Of a stretch of 64,000 bases of DNA, positions 47,592 through 61,279 are shown piece after piece. The stretch covers positions 4,960,001-5,024,000 of the forward strand of contig NC_089435.1 in assembly GCF_026210795.1 (NCBI RefSeq). Direction: 5' to 3'. This stretch comes from Rhizophagus irregularis. Its lineage: Eukaryota. The stretch's first letter is position 1. Each line of letters begins with the position of its first letter. A program made the position numbers and the translations under genes. Below the pieces are notes generated by a model, which had not been told where the DNA came from, made no database searches, and was given only the letters and a program-made list of their open reading frames with translations.

Positions 47592-49330
47592 AATAATATT
47601 TTATTAACAATATTTTATTGTCACATTCTAAATTTAGTCCACTGTCCATCGGTGATAATAAATTAAATTTAGCGGACGGATATTTTGCTCGTTTAGAAAT
47701 TTGCATATAGAATATAGGGTTTTTATCATATTAAGAAAATATCAATACCAATCGTGTAATAAGTAAAGCTTAATTACTAGTATTTGCTATATGTTTGCTA
47801 GTTACGTGAAATTTTATTTGCCTGTTTATATTAAATGTTATTTTATCGCTAAACTTATTGCATATTAGGAATTATTTAATAAAACTTTACAAGTAATGAA
47901 AATAAATAAATGACAAAAGATATGAAATGGAAATGATTTAGCAAGCTTCTAAAAAAATGAATCTAATCTTGATGTTGCACAAGAATTTATGATATTGTTA
48001 CGAAATTGCAGTAACTGATCATTTCGTCCCTAAGTAATTATTAATCACCAGAATTAGTTAGTTTATATTATTTTATTATGTATTTATTGTATGTTTTATT
48101 TGTTAGATTTTCTAGTGTTACAATAGATTATATTGTTAGGACATTTATTATTAGATCATTTATGTTTATTTGATAAATTGGATGATTATCGATTATGTAA
48201 GAAGGACGACTCGGGACCTAGTACGAGTTGACCCATGGTCAACCGATGCACAAGTTGACGCATAGTTAAGTCTTCCACTGGAATTTTTCATTATATATAT
48301 CCTCAAGATTGAGGAGGGAGGAAGTAAGTTAGAAGAAAGTTTGGAAAAGGTTTTTTGTAAGTTCCTTAAGTCTCCGTTAATTCTATCCAGTTTTTTGAAC
48401 AGATTTTCGAATCTTTCGTAAGATCAACTTTTACTTTCGAAAAAAATTTGCTTAGGAATTTATTCCAGAGCCAATAATCATATTTCTTGTGATTATTAAC
48501 GTAACATTTAAATAAAAATTGATTGTCATACCACGTATAAACTATCACATCATTTTTATTTTCTGTTATCACACTGCGGTTAACGTAACAATATCAAATT
48601 TAAACCAATTAAATGTGAACTTTTTGTAATCTAATCTACTTTTAATTCTTATTCCGTAACGTTGGAAGGTGGTAAATATATTTATTTAGGTCTGATGTAT
48701 TTCGGGCGGATGTGTTTACAGTTGTTTTGCAATGCAAGTTAATGTAATTTAAGTAAATGTTAATTTTAAAGTATAAACTTTATGAATAAATTAATTTAGG
48801 GCCGATGGAAATTTTTATTGGTTTGTATGGCACAGTAAAATATACTATGAATTTATTTGCTATTATTTCCAAATCATTCTTGTTGTCTACAATGATAAAG
48901 TACCAAGATCGTTGCGTGTGAGTATGTTTTTATAATGCAGATTTAATAACAACAATAACTTGACTTTGAATTCATATTTTTTAGTACAATAAAAATAAAC
49001 AAAAATTTTAAAAATCTTTAACGTACACAGCAAATTGATTACCGATTGCGAATTTTAAAATCTATTCAGTATTGTTGTAAACTTAAAAGATTCTTACGAG
49101 TGACGAAACAAAAAAGGCTAATATTAGTTATACTTCGTATGTATATTGTATATTAAAAGTACAACAACTCTAATTTTATATAATAACGTACGGCAATTGT
49201 ATTATCTTCGATATTCATTTCCTAATGTTGCTCAAAATTTATTAATTTCACTGAACACAATTTTTTTAAATTTTATATACAATTTAATCAAATAACCATT
49301 AAATCGTTTTTTAAATAACTTTCTTTAATT

Positions 49331-49853
49331 ATGAAGAAATTTTTTATTTTAATCATTATTATTTTTACAATTTTATTTCAATTTATAAACGAAGTAAATA
49401 CTCAATTTGCTCCAAGTGATGGAGCTCCAGTAACACTGCACCAAAAAATGAAGGAGTTGCTCCAGCTCCAGGAACTACCGCACTAAAAGATGGAGGAACT
49501 GTTCCAGGAACAGCACCAATAGATGGAGGAACTGCTACAGTGCACCAAAAGATGGGCTCCAGCTTCAGGAACTGCACCACCGTCAGTAACAGTAAACTGT
49601 AACCGGACGAGCAACAACAGCGGCAGCACCAAACGTATCAACAATAACATCAACGGTGTCATCAGAAGTTGCAAATAAGATGATAACTGCTTCAATTGTT
49701 GGAGGGATAATTGGTGGTTTAATTTTAATTTTTCTAGTTTTTTTAGTAAGAATAAATCGAAGTTTTAAAGCAATTGCAACCCTTGGACTGAATGATAACG
49801 AAATAGAAAAATTATTTTAAAGTCCTGGAATAACGAATAATGAATTATATTAC
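49331..49853 (+). pseudogene. 5' part of another single-pass membrane family copy, frameshifted and interrupted
   Basis: MKKFFILIIIIFTILFQFINEVNTQ..., ITASIVGGIIGGLILIFLV, KAIATLGLNDNE, PGITNNELY. A 3' remnant resumes at ~51560-51610. Confidence 0.75.
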
Positions 49854-50196
49854 TTAACCGTTAAAGTCCGTCATGTTTATTTACTCAGGATCTTTATTTA
49901 TTACAACATTAAACAAAAAAAAATTGATTACGAAAAATAGCGTTACAGAAAAAAAAGGAATATGTTTTTAAAACATAGAAAATCATAAATTTGAATTTCT
50001 TCAACGTGCTAGTCCCTAAGAATGTTATTATGAAAAACTTTGCACAATAATTCAAAATCAAATAGTCTTAAAAAATTAGATATTAATAAAGTGAACAAAT
50101 CGATGCAATTTGTAATTACTATTTGTTGCTGACTTAGCCAAGTCTTTAAAAACTTGTTGTCACCTGATCACCACGTTGAGGTGCAGCAACATTGAT

Positions 50197-50730
50197 CAGG
50201 GGGGAAAGGGGAAAGCGAGAGGGAAAGGGGAAAACGAAGGGAAAGGGGAAAACGAGGGAAAGGGAGAACGAGGGGAAAGGGGAGAATGAGAGGGAAAGGG
50301 GAAAACGAGGGGAACGAAGGGAAAGGGAAAACGAGGGGAAACGAAGGGAAAGGGGAAAACGAGAGGGAAAGGGAAACGAAGGGAAAGGGAAAACGAAGGG
50401 AAAGGGAAACGAAGGGAAAGGGAAAACGAAGGGAAAGGGAAACGAAGGGAAAGGGGAAAACGAAGGGAAAGGGGAAAACGAAGGGAAAGGGGAAAACGAA
50501 GGGAAAGGGGAAAACGAAGGGAAAGGGGAAAACGAAGGGAAAGGGGAAAACGAAGGGAAAGGGGAAAACGAGGGGAAAGGGGAAAACGAGAGGGAAAGGG
50601 GAAAACGAGAGGGAAAGGGGAAAACGAGAGGGAAAGGGAAAAACGAGAGGGAAAGGGGAAAACGAGAGGGAAAGGGGAAAACGAGAGGGAAAGGGGAAAA
50701 CGAAGGGAAAGGGAAAACGAGAGGGGAAAG
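50197..50730 (+). repeat. Purine-rich minisatellite (GGGAAAGGGGAAAACGA[A/GA])n, about 30 units
   Basis: 16-19-nt units, almost all purine on the + strand; produces spurious ORFs in several frames. Confidence 0.95.
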
Positions 50731-53700
50731 AGCAAGGAAATACACGCACAAACTCACACACAAACCTACACACAACAACCCACATACCTAAAGAAAGACG
50801 TAAAGAAAAGGAGCCTAAGAATAAAGAGAAAACCCAGACAGAGAGACCTAAAAAATGAAGATAAAGAACAATGAAAAAAAAGAAGATAATGAAAAAAAAG
50901 ATAAAGAAAACCGACATATTTATATTATTTTCAAAATTATATACTCATGAGTCATGACAAAACCCACATCAAGATTACGTGTTACATGTTATAAGGAATT
51001 ATTATTTGCATGAGTAATTTTTTCACGTAACTGACGTAAGTAACTTTTAACTACCATATAACAATATAACATTATAACATATTGACTTTGTTCAATATTC
51101 TATTTTATATGGTTTACCATAATCAAATTATAAATTTAAGCAAAAATTTATAATTATCAATATATCTAATGTTTGAATGTATTTATTTATAATCATCATT
51201 TTCTTTTATTTTTTTTCATTTGGCTGAAAAGTTCGTTCAGCGATCTTTAATTTTTATCGTTTGATAATTGTGAAGCCTCTGATATTAGATAGTTCTTCTG
51301 TAGTTTCGGTAGATTTAAATAAATTTAAATAATTTCTTTACTTATTATTTGTTATGGAGAAAATTTATTGACATTAATACAAACATTTTATCGTAAAACA
51401 ATATTCGCTTATTACGTTTAGAAATTTATAACTCATAGGAATGAAAATCTAGTGAAAAGTCAGGATAGTCGGGATAGTCGATGGTTAATATTCTGTCTAA
51501 ATATTCTGTCCGTTGTTTTATTGTGGATATTACAATGTCCCAAAGATCCCAAGGACATTCCAAAATTAAAATGTCATCATAATAATTTTGAAGATGGTAG
51601 TAGTGGTAGTTAAGTTTATTTATTTATTCTTAACATAGAAGGATTCCTAAAATTCTGGTGAACATGACTTTCAGTTATTATTGACATTAATCGGACCATT
51701 TTATAGGATCAATCAATTGTTTATCATGTGATAAATAATGCGTATACGCGATTACAATTCCTCATTTTTTTTAATTGAATTATCATTTTATTTTTAAACA
51801 TATCTTATATTAGGAATTATTTAAAAACTTCAAAGAATACGAAAATAATAAAGATATTTGAAATTACAAGATTCTAAAAAAAAATGAATTTCAAATCAAT
51901 TAAAATGTTATACAAGTAATAATGTTATTAGTATAAAGTAATTTTATGGATCAAATTTAAATCAATTAAATGTATAAATTAGTATTTACATATCTATCCT
52001 CTACCGAGGGCCTTCATCCCTAACCTATACTGATTTCTATCCTCTACCAAGGGTCCTCACTAAGGTTGAAAGACAACTTTGTCTTATTGAATTATTGGTA
52101 GTGCAATAAGTGCAATATACGTAGTCTAGGCACCTATTAATGGATACTGTTAATTCATTTAAAGAGCTCTAATAGTAAAAGTTTTTGTGAGTGCCATATG
52201 CGTCAATTCTATGTAGCTAGGAGGATGATCTGATAGTTCAATAATTTATTACCTATTAGTTTTATACAACCAATAGTTTTTTATGCCTTTTGTTATTATT
52301 AATTTATTATGTTTTATCATTTAATTTTTTTATTATCAACCACCGAAAAAACATCTCTTTTGACAAATTTTTTTCCAATAAAAAAAAGGAATAAAAGTTT
52401 TTTTCAATACGCTATTTAAAAACAACTCTCTTGAAATTTTACATCATATCGTGCAATGATTAGTACATTAACAGACCCAGCGGCGATTTAATAATGATTA
52501 TGATATACTCAATAAAATCAGTGGCTTGTGTTAGTTTCTGTCTCCTATTATAATAATAGGTTGTTCATATGAATAAGATGTATATTAAGGTAAATAAATA
52601 CGTCATGATTAAGTAATTAAAAGCTACAAAATAATCATACATATTGTATCTTTGATATTGTTGAGTAATAGATTACAAATATTGATATCAATTATACTTT
52701 TTATACTTTTTATATGAAAAGCTTGTGCAACAAAAAAAAATAATATTTATTTCTTTTTTTTTAATATACATCTCTTTCATTCCTAATACCTTTTTTTTCG
52801 CGCGCAAATAAATACTTTCTTTTCAAATAAATATCTAATAAATACCTTTTTTTTTCGCGCGCAAATAATCTCCTCACGTCACGCGTCAGGTACAACATAT
52901 ATCGAACAAAAACTTTTTTTTAAGACGGAAAAAAATATATCAACATCAAGAACTATATTTACTGGTGGGACTGCCTTTGAACAACATATGGGTAACGAGT
53001 TTCGCTAGCTATTGGAAACTTATTTTGTAAGTGAAAAACCACTCCAACTACTCCTGTCAGTTTAGACGCTTTTGTGGTTCTTTTTTACATGTTTTCTGCT
53101 GTCTATCACACATTTTATTCTTTCAATTTTATAGACATTTAAGATCATCAAGATGATGCCAAATTTGGTCTCTATTTACGATAAGAGGACAAGCTAACAC
53201 TAAACGATGCTAGGTCATATCATTAAGTAGTAAGTATAAATTATAATAGTTCGCCGGATGGACGTATGTGTAAGTGTGCACTGCAGGGTTCACTGAAAGT
53301 CTTCCGGATGGTGAACTGTTATGATTGACATAGGGGTTTATGTGCTCGTAGTACGTACCATTTGCTACAGGCTAGTAGCTAGCTGCTTTTGTGCACGAAG
53401 ACATAGCTACAATGATGCCATATAGGTGATCCCCAAGCTGATCCATATGGAAGGGAAGGCCAGGTTCCCGTTGGAAATGACACATATCTCCTATGCCATG
53501 TCACTTACTTAGTAATTGTTATTGAATACTATATGAGTCCATTTACCATAGATCCTATGATGGCCACATGGGTGTCCTGGGGTTCCCTGCTTAGGCATAA
53601 TTAACAGGGTGGTAAACCTCATATGGTATGGGGTGATAGTGACTAAAAAATTTTGTAAATTTTGTAGGGCATGTATCAATTCATTTTTTCTTTAAAATAG

Positions 53701-55329
53701 GTGTCTTAGCGTTGGCACACTTCCTAGACAATTGTGGCTATTAATCAGGGTAATTCTGAAGGGCAGTTGAATATGTGAACTGGGATATAGATTTTTACTC
53801 CTATAGATAAATAGAACTTTTCAATTATAGAAGTTTTCTTTTTTAGTTTTATTTTTGGTTTATTTATTTTCTTTTTTATTCTTGTTGTTTTCTTTTTCCC
53901 TTTTAATTATGGATATAACTATTTTTTCTTTTTCGTTTCTCATTCTGTTTGTGATTACATTTATATTGACTTAGTAATTTTATGCTATTTTGTTAAATAT
54001 GTAGCTTTTTTTTTTAAAAAAAAAAGATAATACCGTTTTTTACATTCATGATATCTTTATAATTAATTGGATTTGGGAAAATTTTAGTGTATAAATGTGT
54101 ATGAGCGTATGAGGCTATATATATGATAATAAAGTACACAGACATAATTGTACTAGTGTAAAAAATATATAAACAATGGTTATCATCAAAATATAACTAA
54201 AAAAATTTATTTAGGAATTTAAGCTGTATGTAATAACTCTATTTATATAAGAAAAAAAAATATTTCGTAAACGTTTTTCTTTAAAAAAAAAAATGAAATA
54301 CATTTCATGAAAAAATTTTTAATAATTCAGGTTTGAACACTGTATATCGTTCTTTTTCTCTTTCAAAATAAACGGTCCATTAAACTAGTTAAACCATATT
54401 CTTGAATATACCAACTTGTAGCATAAATAGATATGGTAATAATTAAAGCCGTAAATTCTTTGATTAAATATATATAAAAATCCCATAATGTATCTGAAGA
54501 ATTATCAGTCATGGCTTGTGACTTGTATAAAGTGAAATAAGTGAATAAGTGAAACGAAAAAATTTGAAAAGATACAATAAAGTAAATTAAAACTTACCTC
54601 TACAAATTATATTTTTTTTCTATCAAATTATATTTGAAAAGCGAGATATAGTTTTCTTGTTTTTCTTTAAAAACTATAATAATATTAAGTGTTGCTTATA
54701 TATAAATATAAATATATATATTATATATCAGATAAGAATTTATTATGTATAAATAAAAAATTATAAAAATTTAAATAAACAAAAATTACATTTTTATTTT
54801 GTATGTTTTTTCCGGAAAAAATTTTAATTTACATTTAAAAAAAGACGATAAATAACAAATTACGTAACAGGAAGTACTCCTTTTTTTTTTTATACATGTA
54901 TGTTAAAAACTACTGCATTAACACGCCGAATAAAAAGATCGGTCATTAAAATTTCCAATTATATACATTATATTAATTATACATAATATATCTGATATGT
55001 AAAATAATAAATACCTATATAATTAAATTATTAATAAATTTAATAAATTATATATATACTCTTCATTAATTCCCATAAATTGTGATAAATTTTTTTTTTA
55101 TATTCTTAAATGTAATTGAAAAATAAATCAATGCACGATTTTTTTTCTCATGATGTATAACTGAAATGAACTCGTTGAAGATAGGAACTGTGAAAGTCAT
55201 GGAAATATTATAGAATCTATGTTTTGTGCGTTGAACTATGGTATTGCCGAATTACAATAAATGAACATAAAATAAAAATTTAATTATCTGGTTATCATTA
55301 AATGAATATCATTTAATTAGTTAAAAATT

Positions 55330-56110
55330 ACTTACATGATTAGCCGTATTTAGTCTTTCTTAATTATAATTTCTGTAAATAATGAAAAAATGAAAATGAA
55401 AATTCAATACTTCAATAATAATAATAATAATGAATGTTGCATCATAATAAAAGAGGGAGTTCAAATTACCATAATTCCTAACCGTCCGCCGACTTCTGTT
55501 ACTCCAAGCCTTTCTTATAACTTTCCAATGTTCTTTCGTCAAATATTGAACCAAGAATCTTAAGTGCACAAAATCAAATGTATTACATCAAAAGGTAAAC
55601 CTTTTACTATATCAATGAGAGAATGAAGCATTTGATGGAATCCTGGAATCATCAGGAGATGGATACATTAATGCCATGTCTATTCCGTAGAATTTAGAAT
55701 TTGGAAATTGTGGCGCAACACCTAAAATGAATGACCCGTTTTCACATCTGTAAAAAAAAAGTTATGGTTTAATATTTCGTTTTTTTATGAGAATTTAACA
55801 TGAACCTACCCAACATCTAAAATCTTTGCGCTATTTTTAACTTTTCCTCCACAGGGCCGAAAAATTTGTATCTGAATATTAAATGTCTTAATTGAATTCT
55901 ATTTATATGTCCATTAATCATTATCCGATTATCCGATAGTAGAATTTCTTAAGATGCCATCGTAAGTTTTTTGGGTCAACTAAACGAATAAAGGAGAAAT
56001 ATATCTGGAAATATGATAAACTGCATTGTGAAATTTCTGAATTGGAGAAGGACGATGTTTGAAGTCAAGATGACAATTTCAGTTTCTTTACGGATCATAT
56101 AAGTTTCCAT
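55330..56110 (-). pseudogene. Class I SAM-dependent methyltransferase pseudogene
   Basis: Minus strand gives PVEEK...SAKILDVG|intron|CENGSFI...FPNSKFYGIDMA...IVKGLPFD..TFDFVHLRFL...EHWK with frameshifts. Confidence 0.75.
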
Positions 56111-58629
56111 CGATGCTAATATTTTGAATGTACAATACAAAATAATATTTATCGTAATTTAAAATCTGCAAGAAACCTCTATCAATTTGTTATTTATTTA
56201 ATTCAGATATTTCGGTGGGTGTGTTTACTGTTAGATTATTGAGGTTTAATGTTAATTTTAATACTGTACATAAACATAAAACAGATAACCTTTACAGTAT
56301 ATTTTATTTGTTTTACAAATGGAACGGTTACCAACCCTAAAGCAAATAAATCAAATGTAAAAATTATTACAAGTAGAAAATGAATTTACCTTTGTTAAAG
56401 ACACAAATCGGACTCAAACTCGTAATGTAACGCCAAAAAAGCATCCATTTATTGAGAAGAACGATAAATCATAGTATTATTGCTTTGCTTGTGAAAGATT
56501 TTAAAAGGATAAAGATATTAATTTAAGAATAATAATGAGTTCGTACTCACTGGCAAGATATATGGGATTGGATTTGATTAAACTTGATCTCCACTTGTTC
56601 AGAATTTTTTATAAATATGTGCTAAGGGATTAATTGATGTTCAAGGTTCACTTTTGCATAACAATCTATACAAATATATCGTAATTATCACACTTACTAT
56701 AAATATATTTGTGGATTTAAATTGAAATCCTGAATGTTTTCATCCTAAATTTGTTAAGAGACTCTTAGTATTTCAACAAAAAAAAAAAATTTAAAATGTA
56801 ATTGACTAGATCTTAGACTAGAATCGAACTAGCCAAAGCACACATGCTCTCCACCAGGATAAGATGTAAAAAAATAAAAATATATCTGTTTGCTTAATCT
56901 TTTAAACACATAGAAGAAAGAAAAGAAACAGAAAAAGAAGAGAAACACCTTACAATATGTAAGAATCTAACTAGAGCTATGACTTCAATCACCAATCGAC
57001 AAACTAAGAGGATGCTATGGCTGACCAGCCGGGAGACAGGGGCACATGCTATGGGTTTATCACGTTTCCAATAAACCAAGGTCGTCTACAATCATATGTG
57101 GGTCTAGAAAGTTCAACCATCTTCATTATACTGGTGACCAGATGTAAAACCTAGAAATCACCAGAAAAAACGGGTGTTTTTACTAATAAAACTGCAAAAC
57201 AAACTCGAGAGATACCTCGTTATAAAATTTGAAAACCCAAAAATGTGGATTTAATATATATAGAAAAATAATCAGTGGACAAAATTACGTAATTATTACA
57301 GATTATTCGTATTGATATTTTGAAATGACTCAGATTCTGAAATTACAGGTGTTGTTACATAATTTAGAATAGTTATATCTTCAAGTACTCGCCCGAATTT
57401 CAAATCAGAAACTATCAAGAAATCAAAATATAAAAATGTCTCACTTGGTATAGGAGTATAAAAATCAATATATAAATCTCTTCTAGAGACTTTATTCCAA
57501 CCAATAATCGAAAGAAATTAAGTTATTAAACAAGAAAGTTAGCTTCATGATAATTTAGTAGGGACTGCTTCTATACTTATTTTATATCTTATATAATTCT
57601 TTATAATTTAATCAATAAAAAAAAATCAAATTTATTATTTAAATAAATATATTTTGTATTCTCAAAAATATATTCCTAGCACCTTATTTAAAAAAAAAAG
57701 CATCATATTATCTTGTTAATATATTTAATTTTATCCGTGATACAACAGACAATTATTACTGCAACAAAAGCAGACATCCGCGAAACAGCCCACGCGTCAC
57801 GTCGTAAATTTAATATAAGAGAAAAGGATATAAAAGGGAGAGGGAGAAGAAAGGTGAGAGGATGGAAAGAGTAAAAAGGGTAAAAAGGAAAGGGTGAGAG
57901 AGAAAAGAATGCAAAGAAATTATAATGGTTTATATACATCATTTATTGACACTAAACTACGATCGAACGTTTCTAATAAATAATAGAAAAACACTATTTG
58001 CGCTTTAAATAAACTATAAAATACCATCGCATTATTAACTAAAAAATACATAGCCAATAAATTATTGCAATAAGTTAGGAAACCATATTGCAGTTCAAAT
58101 TAAAAAACTCACAAGGAAAGTGATTTATTTAGGTTAGAATAAAATTTCGTATATACAAAATATACAAAGGCAAAGTAGAACAATGAATTTATGAATTCAC
58201 ATGACTCAGACAATTATTGTCCGGAGAAAAGCGTTGATCGCTAATTGAAAATAGCAAACATATCAATATGAATGTTTCAAATTACTCATACTTTATAACA
58301 TATAGTTTGAAATTTACATTTTATATGGACTAGCATTTTGCATAATGTAATATAGCTGCTATTGAATATAATATTATTACTAATGCGTATCCCAATGAAA
58401 GGTTTTTTTTGTTCTGTACATATCTCATTCCTATGCTTCTTATTGAAGCCTAAAATTTCAAGTGAATCTTCGTGTGTCGAATTGATATATATATATAATT
58501 TTTCGTTTGCTATGCAAAAATAATAGAGATTGCATGTAAGCTGATTCAAAAAAAAGTAGGAGTATTCAATTAACAAACTTATCAAATGCAAATTGCACTC
58601 TGTTAGCATATGTGTATCCATAGAAATCT

Positions 58630-61176
58630 ACAAATTCTTTCTCAGTTACTAATGCACTGTTTTTCTTATTCTTTATACTCATAGATTTCGCTTTCGCATT
58701 TGTCGAATAGTAGAACTCAATTTTTTTTTCTTAGTGTGCTTCACAGCTTTAGTGACCTTATATAAAAGATCAATTAAACAACAATTAAATGATGCAAATT
58801 CCCGATGTAAATGAAACAGTGTTACCTTACCATGCTCTTTATTGAAAACTGCTTGGTTAATGGCATATCGTTTTTTATTTGCAGAGCACACACATAATCC
58901 ATCATTAGCTTCATTGGAATGCTGTTCACAATATTTAAGAAACTGGAAAGCATCATAACTCGCCCCGCTGGCATTGATGTAGATTATATTATCATCGGCA
59001 ACCGGTTGATCAAGTTTGGTATAACTATCAAACGTTTTATAATCCATTTATCATCTGTGTCCATTTTGTCATCATCTATGTCCATTTCGCCATCATTCGT
59101 TTCCATCTCGTCATCATCTATGTCCATTTCGCCATCTTTCGTGTCGTCGGCATTATCTTTCGTGTCTTTCGTGTCAGAGACATTATCTTTGCCTATTGCT
59201 ATTTTATTATATAAGATTAGCATTTGAGCTTATTATATGGCTATTACATCACAAGAATATCATAATTCCTGGATACCGATGTCGTAATCCACAAATTTTG
59301 AGGTATTTAGGAAGAAAACTTCGCCAGCTGGAAACCTACAGAAAAATTTCACATCGCCAAGAGTTCTTCAAATGATTGTCAGATATCCTAACAAACGGAA
59401 GAGACTGAGGCGTAACACCCAAAACAAATATACTTGTCCACAAATAAGGGATCCGAATATAAAATTTTTTTGTAATTGCATTAGATTGATGAATCCCATG
59501 GAACTGAGATCCTGATAACTCGTCAATTTATCGTCAAAATTGATTTTTTCCTCTTTGCTAACTGGCAGATCCAATATGGCTTTTGCCAGAACTTCTCGCG
59601 AATACAATCCTAAGCCATATTCATTCAACTCGTTGTATAATGCATTTAATTTCCACCTTATAAGGATCTTTATTATCCAGAACTATTGTTTCCATCTCAC
59701 GTTGGAAGTGATCGTAAAAATACTCTAAAGTTCTTACGTGTCCTCCAACGTCACCAATAATGGGGATGAAAAAAATGCCTCGTAAGTCAAGCATCGTTCC
59801 TCCAATGAAGTTTACAAGATCCCTACAGATACGTCCATTAATATCGTGCAATTTGTTGAGCTCGTCAATTCCAAGGACTAAGATTAGCAGAGGATTAGAA
59901 TTTATTTCTTGATTCTTTTGTTTAATAATATCAGTATGAACAATTCGAAGTGCAATATCCAGGGTTAAGTCATTAAGTGTTGAATATTTTTTACAAAGTG
60001 AACGAAAAGAGGCAAAAGAGAATTCGTCATAATCACGTTGCAGTCGAAAGTACTCATATAAAACGCGTAGTGCAAGAGATACATACCTCTGCATCAATAT
60101 ATTGATCAATTTTATTAGCAAGGGAACCATTTCCATAGGTGGTGTTGATGACGGCCATATTACTGAATGTGTTACGGATATCTTCATTGTCGCAGTTAAT
60201 AGTATTACGCGTGAGCAATTCTTCGATTTCATCAAGAAATCTGCTCTTTCCTGTTCCACAAGCTACAACGGGGATTGGATGATTTTCTTTGTCCCTTTCA
60301 TTATGGTGTTTAAATCGCTCCACAATTCCATTCCGTCCTAACTTCTTATCTCCATTCCATAAGATGTCAATAGCATCATCTCGCCCATAGAATTCAAAGT
60401 CCTTACCGAAATACGTAACGAACTAAAAAGACCATCGAATTTAGTCAGAAGAGCTGAAAAACACACTTGACAACATGAAAAAGCTGGAGGACTTACTCGG
60501 TTTCGGTCACGTCTCAATGTGAATTGTTGTATCCACTTGTAGATGGAATCTGGGTCGTTAAGTTAGGTCCTTAAAGCCAATAACAAGCAAGAGATTTGTT
60601 AGAAAATTTTTTGACATCGTTCCTGCAAAAATAACCGTCGCTACAAAAGAAACTGCCCAATAGATACTCAAAGTTATTGATTTTGAGATACCGTACCTTG
60701 TGGAACGCCTTGCTGGGGGAGCCCGCTTTAACGCGAAAAAAAGAGATCAGACAAAATCGATATTTTGTTACTGCAAATTTCTCGTTCGAGAGGTAAACCA
60801 TTGTGAGGCACTTACCAGCAGCGGCGGGCACTTGTACGATGACGTAAATGTTTTATCTACAACTACAAGCGGTTGATCCAAAAAAGTTTCTTAACCAAGA
60901 GGTGGGTATCAATATCTTATCTCCAAGCATTTTTTTAATATTATCTTCGGTAGTAACATGTTTAAGCTTGTCTTCATCATCGTAAGCGATGTCAACCTTC
61001 CAAAGCTTCATAATATCAAGATCATCGATTCCTAACGTATAGGAATTTGAGGTGTGAAATCTTTAAATTATCAATTTTGACATTAATATTATTAATCTCG
61101 TTATTATCAACGTTAACCGCAAAATATCACCAAAAGAAGTCTTTCCTAGGAGTAAACAATTTAGTGACGCCAACAT
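58630..61176 (-). pseudogene. Crinkler (CRN)-type effector pseudogene with P-loop NTPase
   Basis: MLASLNCLLLGKT...MKLWKVDI...IYVIVQVP (CRN N-terminus), an intron, then Walker A-like VACGTGKSRFLDE, Walker B LVLGIDE, GDVGGHVRTLE, an Asp-rich repeat and a C-terminal INASGASYDAF region. Multiple frameshifts. Confidence 0.75.
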
Positions 61177-61279
61177 TTTGTAAAAATCCTGTAAAGCAAT
61201 AAAAAGTAGTATTCTTTTTAGAGAGAAGTTCTGAGAAAGTTTGAGGATATATATATACTTGTAAAAACCTTCCTGATTA

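Noticed and set aside
48196..48590. Possible solo LTR (TGTAA...TAACA)
   Set aside because: Two alternative right ends (48506, 48590) and no matching TSD.
50146..50917. Five overlapping ORFs of 179-249 aa
   Set aside because: Translations of a stop-free purine/pyrimidine minisatellite; not credible genes.
52930..53800. GC-richer block with intron-like signals
   Set aside because: Looks like a relic gene or element, but no family motif could be supported.
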